Assembly: GCA_963754315.1 (NCBI GenBank)
Contig: CAVWFS010000008.1
Coordinates: forward strand, 64,001 to 128,000
Length of the DNA: 64,000 bases
Direction: 5' to 3'
From: an uncultured Candidatus Rokubacteria bacterium
GTDB lineage: Bacteria; Methylomirabilota; Methylomirabilia; Rokubacteriales; CSP1-6
Of the stretch, positions 61,288 to 64,000 are shown piece by piece; position 1 is the stretch's first letter; every line of letters starts with the position of its first letter. The position numbers and the translations under genes are program-made. The notes beneath the pieces were generated by a model that made no database searches, was not told the DNA's origin, and saw only the letters and a program-made list of their open reading frames with translations.

Positions 61288-61803
61288 ATGATCTACATGG
61301 TCGAGATGGCGCTCCTCGATCTCGCACGGCGCGCCGAGTGGGACGCCTGGTACATTGCCCACCAGCATCGGCTTCTGTCCATCCCGGGATTCCGTGCCAG
61401 CCAGCGCTTCGAGGCGGTTCATGCAGCGGCCTCGCCCTTCGTGGCGCTGCACGAGGTTGACGCGCCAGACGTCTTCGTCAGTCCACCCTATCGGACGAAC
61501 GCGGGGCCAAGCAACACGGGTGAGTGGCAGGCGAGGATGGACAACTGGCACCGCAACCTGTTCGCGGGTATTGACCACACCCCAGAGGTGGCTATGGATG
61601 CGCGTCTGGTGGTGGTGGAAGACGGTGGGCCGGGGCTCCTGGGCCACACGTCGGTGCAATGGATGGAGGCGGTCGGACTGGATCGTAGCGTGAAGCGACG
61701 CGGGCTGGCGGTGCTGCCACCAGCGACGGCGGATCGCTTCGCGGGCACGGCTCGTGTCCGCGTGCTGCAACCGATCGGCCCCCGGCTGCGCCCTGACGGC
61801 TGA
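61288..61803 (+). CDS. Hypothetical protein (EthD/DUF4286-like N-terminus)
   Basis: EWDAWY..H...LSIPGFRASQRF; RBS AGGAG. Confidence 0.7.
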   Translation: MIYMVEMALLDLARRAEWDAWYIAHQHRLLSIPGFRASQRFEAVHAAASPFVALHEVDAPDVFVSPPYRTNAGPSNTGEWQARMDNWHRNLFAGIDHTPEVAMDARLVVVEDGGPGLLGHTSVQWMEAVGLDRSVKRRGLAVLPPATADRFAGTARVRVLQPIGPRLRPDG

Positions 61804-61813
61804 GGAAGGGCGA

Positions 61814-62599
61814 ATGTCGGTCATCGAACAGAGTGCCCAAGCTGACGTGGCGCGGATCCACGAGCGCGGATATGTCGTCATTCCCGGCCTCCTGTCCTCG
61901 CGCCAACTCGACGAGATCAGGTCCGCCCTCGCGCCGTACCTGCGCGGAACGCTTCGGGGCCGTAACGCCTTCGAAGGGTTCGATACCGAGCGCGTGTACG
62001 CCTTGCTGGCCAAGGCGCCGGTGGTCGCCGAGTTGGTCGAGCACCCACGCGTGCTGGCGCTCATCGATCAGCTCCTGGAAGCCAGCTACCTGCTCTCTGC
62101 AAATCTCGCCATCCAGCTCTACCCGGGCCAGACGCATCAGCCGCTGCATTTCGACGATAGCTTCTGCAAGGTCCCCCGCCCACGGAAGGCCTATGGGGTG
62201 AGCGCGATCTGGGCCATTGACGACTTCACGGCAGAAAACGGCGCCACCGAGGTGATCCCGGAAAGCCATCGCTGGGGTGCGGAACGACCGGCCGAGGACG
62301 ACCCGCGGATCGAAGGGGTCGTCATGAGCGCCGGCTCGGTCTTGGTGTTCACGGGCACGCTCTGGCACCGGGGCGGCGCCAACCGGAGCACGGTGCCGCG
62401 GCTGGCCATTACACCGCAGTACTGTGAGCCCTGGCTGCGCCAGATCGAACAACAGGTGCTCTGTGTCCCGCCCGAGATGGCGGCGCAGTACTCGGAGCGC
62501 GTGCAACAGCTTCTGGGCTACAGCATCTACCCGCCGTTCATGGGTTACGTGAACGGCCTGCACCCGCGCCGGCTACTCGACGGCTTCCGTCACCGTTGA
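61814..62599 (+). CDS. Phytanoyl-CoA dioxygenase (PhyH) family Fe(II)/2OG oxygenase
   Basis: GYVVI, QPLHFDD (HxD), DDFTAENGATEVIPESH, LWHRGGAN.S..PR. Confidence 0.9.
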   Translation: MSVIEQSAQADVARIHERGYVVIPGLLSSRQLDEIRSALAPYLRGTLRGRNAFEGFDTERVYALLAKAPVVAELVEHPRVLALIDQLLEASYLLSANLAIQLYPGQTHQPLHFDDSFCKVPRPRKAYGVSAIWAIDDFTAENGATEVIPESHRWGAERPAEDDPRIEGVVMSAGSVLVFTGTLWHRGGANRSTVPRLAITPQYCEPWLRQIEQQVLCVPPEMAAQYSERVQQLLGYSIYPPFMGYVNGLHPRRLLDGFRHR

Positions 62600-63315
62600 C
62601 GCTCGCCCTCCGGAACGGCGCGAGCGGGCTCCTCGCCGACGGGACTCTGGCCGGCGGCGCGCGTGGAGGGATCGGTGAAGTCCAGCGGAATCAGGCCGCC
62701 CGGCTCGCCGGCCAGCATCCAGTCGATGAGCAGGCGGTACTGCTCGACGGGGACAGCACCGACCAGCGAGACCCTTTCGTTGAAAACCACCGTGGGGAGG
62801 GCGGACACGCCGAACCAGGCGACTGCCTCCGCGTAGTCGTGGAGCACTGCCCGGTGCGGCTCACCGGCCTCGCAGTCCCTCTGGAAGCGGGCCATATCGA
62901 GTCCGCAGGCTTCGGCCAGACGCCACAGCACGTCGGTCCGCCCGATGTCGAGGTTGTCACCAAAGTGTGCGGCGAACAGACGGTGATGGAATGCAACTGC
63001 GGCCTCCCTGCTCTGGCTCTCGGCGGCCTTGGCCGCGGTGAGGGCCGGCAGGCTGGAGGCCGGCAATTCTGTTCCCACGGCCGGCGGGACAAAGAGGGCA
63101 CGCGGTTCCTCAGCCCCGATCTTCTGGCGGCTTGCGCGGGTCGCTTCCGTGCTCAGACGTCCGGGTCGCTGATCGGGAATCAGCGGAAAGGCGCGCCAGT
63201 GTAGCGCCACCTGGTCGCCGTAGGCTTGCTCGACGTCCGAGAGTCGGATGGCGGCGTTGTAGCACCACGGGCAGAGGTAGTCAGAGAAGATATCCAGTTG
63301 GACCGGCGCGGTCAC
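62590..63315 (-). CDS. DsbA/FrnE-family thiol oxidoreductase (CPWC)
   Basis: IFSDYLCPWCY, WRAFPL, GVSALPTVVF, GAVP; GTG start overlaps the stop of the upstream grdB copy. Confidence 0.88.
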   Translation of the reverse strand: MTAPVQLDIFSDYLCPWCYNAAIRLSDVEQAYGDQVALHWRAFPLIPDQRPGRLSTEATRASRQKIGAEEPRALFVPPAVGTELPASSLPALTAAKAAESQSREAAVAFHHRLFAAHFGDNLDIGRTDVLWRLAEACGLDMARFQRDCEAGEPHRAVLHDYAEAVAWFGVSALPTVVFNERVSLVGAVPVEQYRLLIDWMLAGEPGGLIPLDFTDPSTRAAGQSPVGEEPARAVPEGERQR

Positions 63316-64000
63316 GGAGCCTGGAACACGGTCGGCTGAGCAACATCGGCCTGCAGCGCCTGCAGGGCCTGCTCGACGATCCGTCGACGCAGCGCTTTCT
63401 CCTCTTCCGGTTTCAGCTCTGCATTCCCCAGGGGGTGAATGATGCCCGCCGCCGGCACGATCCGATTCGCTCCAACCATGACGGCCACCGGGGTCATCGT
63501 GGACACTTGCACCGTGGGCAAGCCTGCCCGCTCCAGCTCCTTGGCGATCGCTGCGCCGCAGCGAGTGCTGGTCCCTCAGGTGGAGGTGAGGATAACCCCG
63601 TCCACGCCGGCAGCCTTGAGCTTGGCTGCGATCTCGCGTCCCATGCGCTGGCTATGGGCCAAGGTCGTGGCGACGCCCGTGGTCGAGTAGACGATCTCGT
63701 GGAGCTTGCCAACCGCGCCCGCCTGCTCCAGCTCGCGAGCGACATCCACGGGGACGAGGCGATGCGGATCCTGCTTGACGTAGGTGGTGTCGTAGCCCCG
63801 ATGGACGTTGTCATACCGATCTGGATCCAATGCGGTGAGGCCCACGATCTCGTAGGCGCCGTAGCGCGTGGCCGCCAGCGCCTCGATGCCGTCCGGATTT
63901 CCGCGCGGGACCAGTCCGCCATCCGTCACGAGCGCGATGGTCGCCCGCCGCATGTCGGGGACGCGAGCCGGGGCTGACACGGGGACGAAGCTTGGCAGAG
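63312..64000 (-). CDS. grdB: Second reductase selenoprotein B (5'-partial; UGA=Sec, UxxSxxC)
   Basis: ALVTDGGLVPRGNPD, HRGYD, GVDGVILTST-UGA(63576-63578)-GTSTRCGAAIAKELERAGLP...GANRIVP...HPLGN; joins ORFs 63576-63980 and 63312-63521 in one frame. Confidence 0.9.
63548..63564 (-). promoter_or_regulatory. SECIS-like hairpin of grdB copy 2
   Basis: mRNA UCGCUGC-GGC-GCAGCGA: 7-bp stem; loop starts after 18 nt downstream of the UGA, the same geometry as copy 1. Confidence 0.8.

Overview
GC-rich bacterial window dense in catabolic enzymes and transporters. The gene style (multi-GAF sensor, DUF222-HNH, Uma2, many Liv-type ABC systems) suggests a soil lineage such as Candidatus Rokubacteria; this is inference only. 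The main signal is hidden from the ORF track: four in-frame UGA codons fall exactly at catalytic Cys/Sec positions, and each is followed 18-23 nt downstream by a SECIS-like hairpin. They restore two glycine/betaine/sarcosine-reductase selenoprotein B genes (56688-58028 + and 63312->64000 -), a selenoprotein A gene (60786-61250) and a Sec-containing DsbA/FrnE-family gene (38368-38991 -). The grd-like operon is non-canonical: the grdE-like subunit appears to lack the pyruvoyl-precursor Cys, no grdD or trxAB is present in the window, and it is flanked by an FAD amine oxidase, a PhyH dioxygenase and a DsbA-family gene. Other content: two Liv-type ABC operons, a rutB/hydantoin racemase cluster, a degraded IS91-like element between 369-bp direct repeats, a vapBC remnant and a head-to-head junction of two 5'-truncated genes. 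Several isolated frameshifts look like long-read indel errors. No rRNA, tRNA or CRISPR array was seen.
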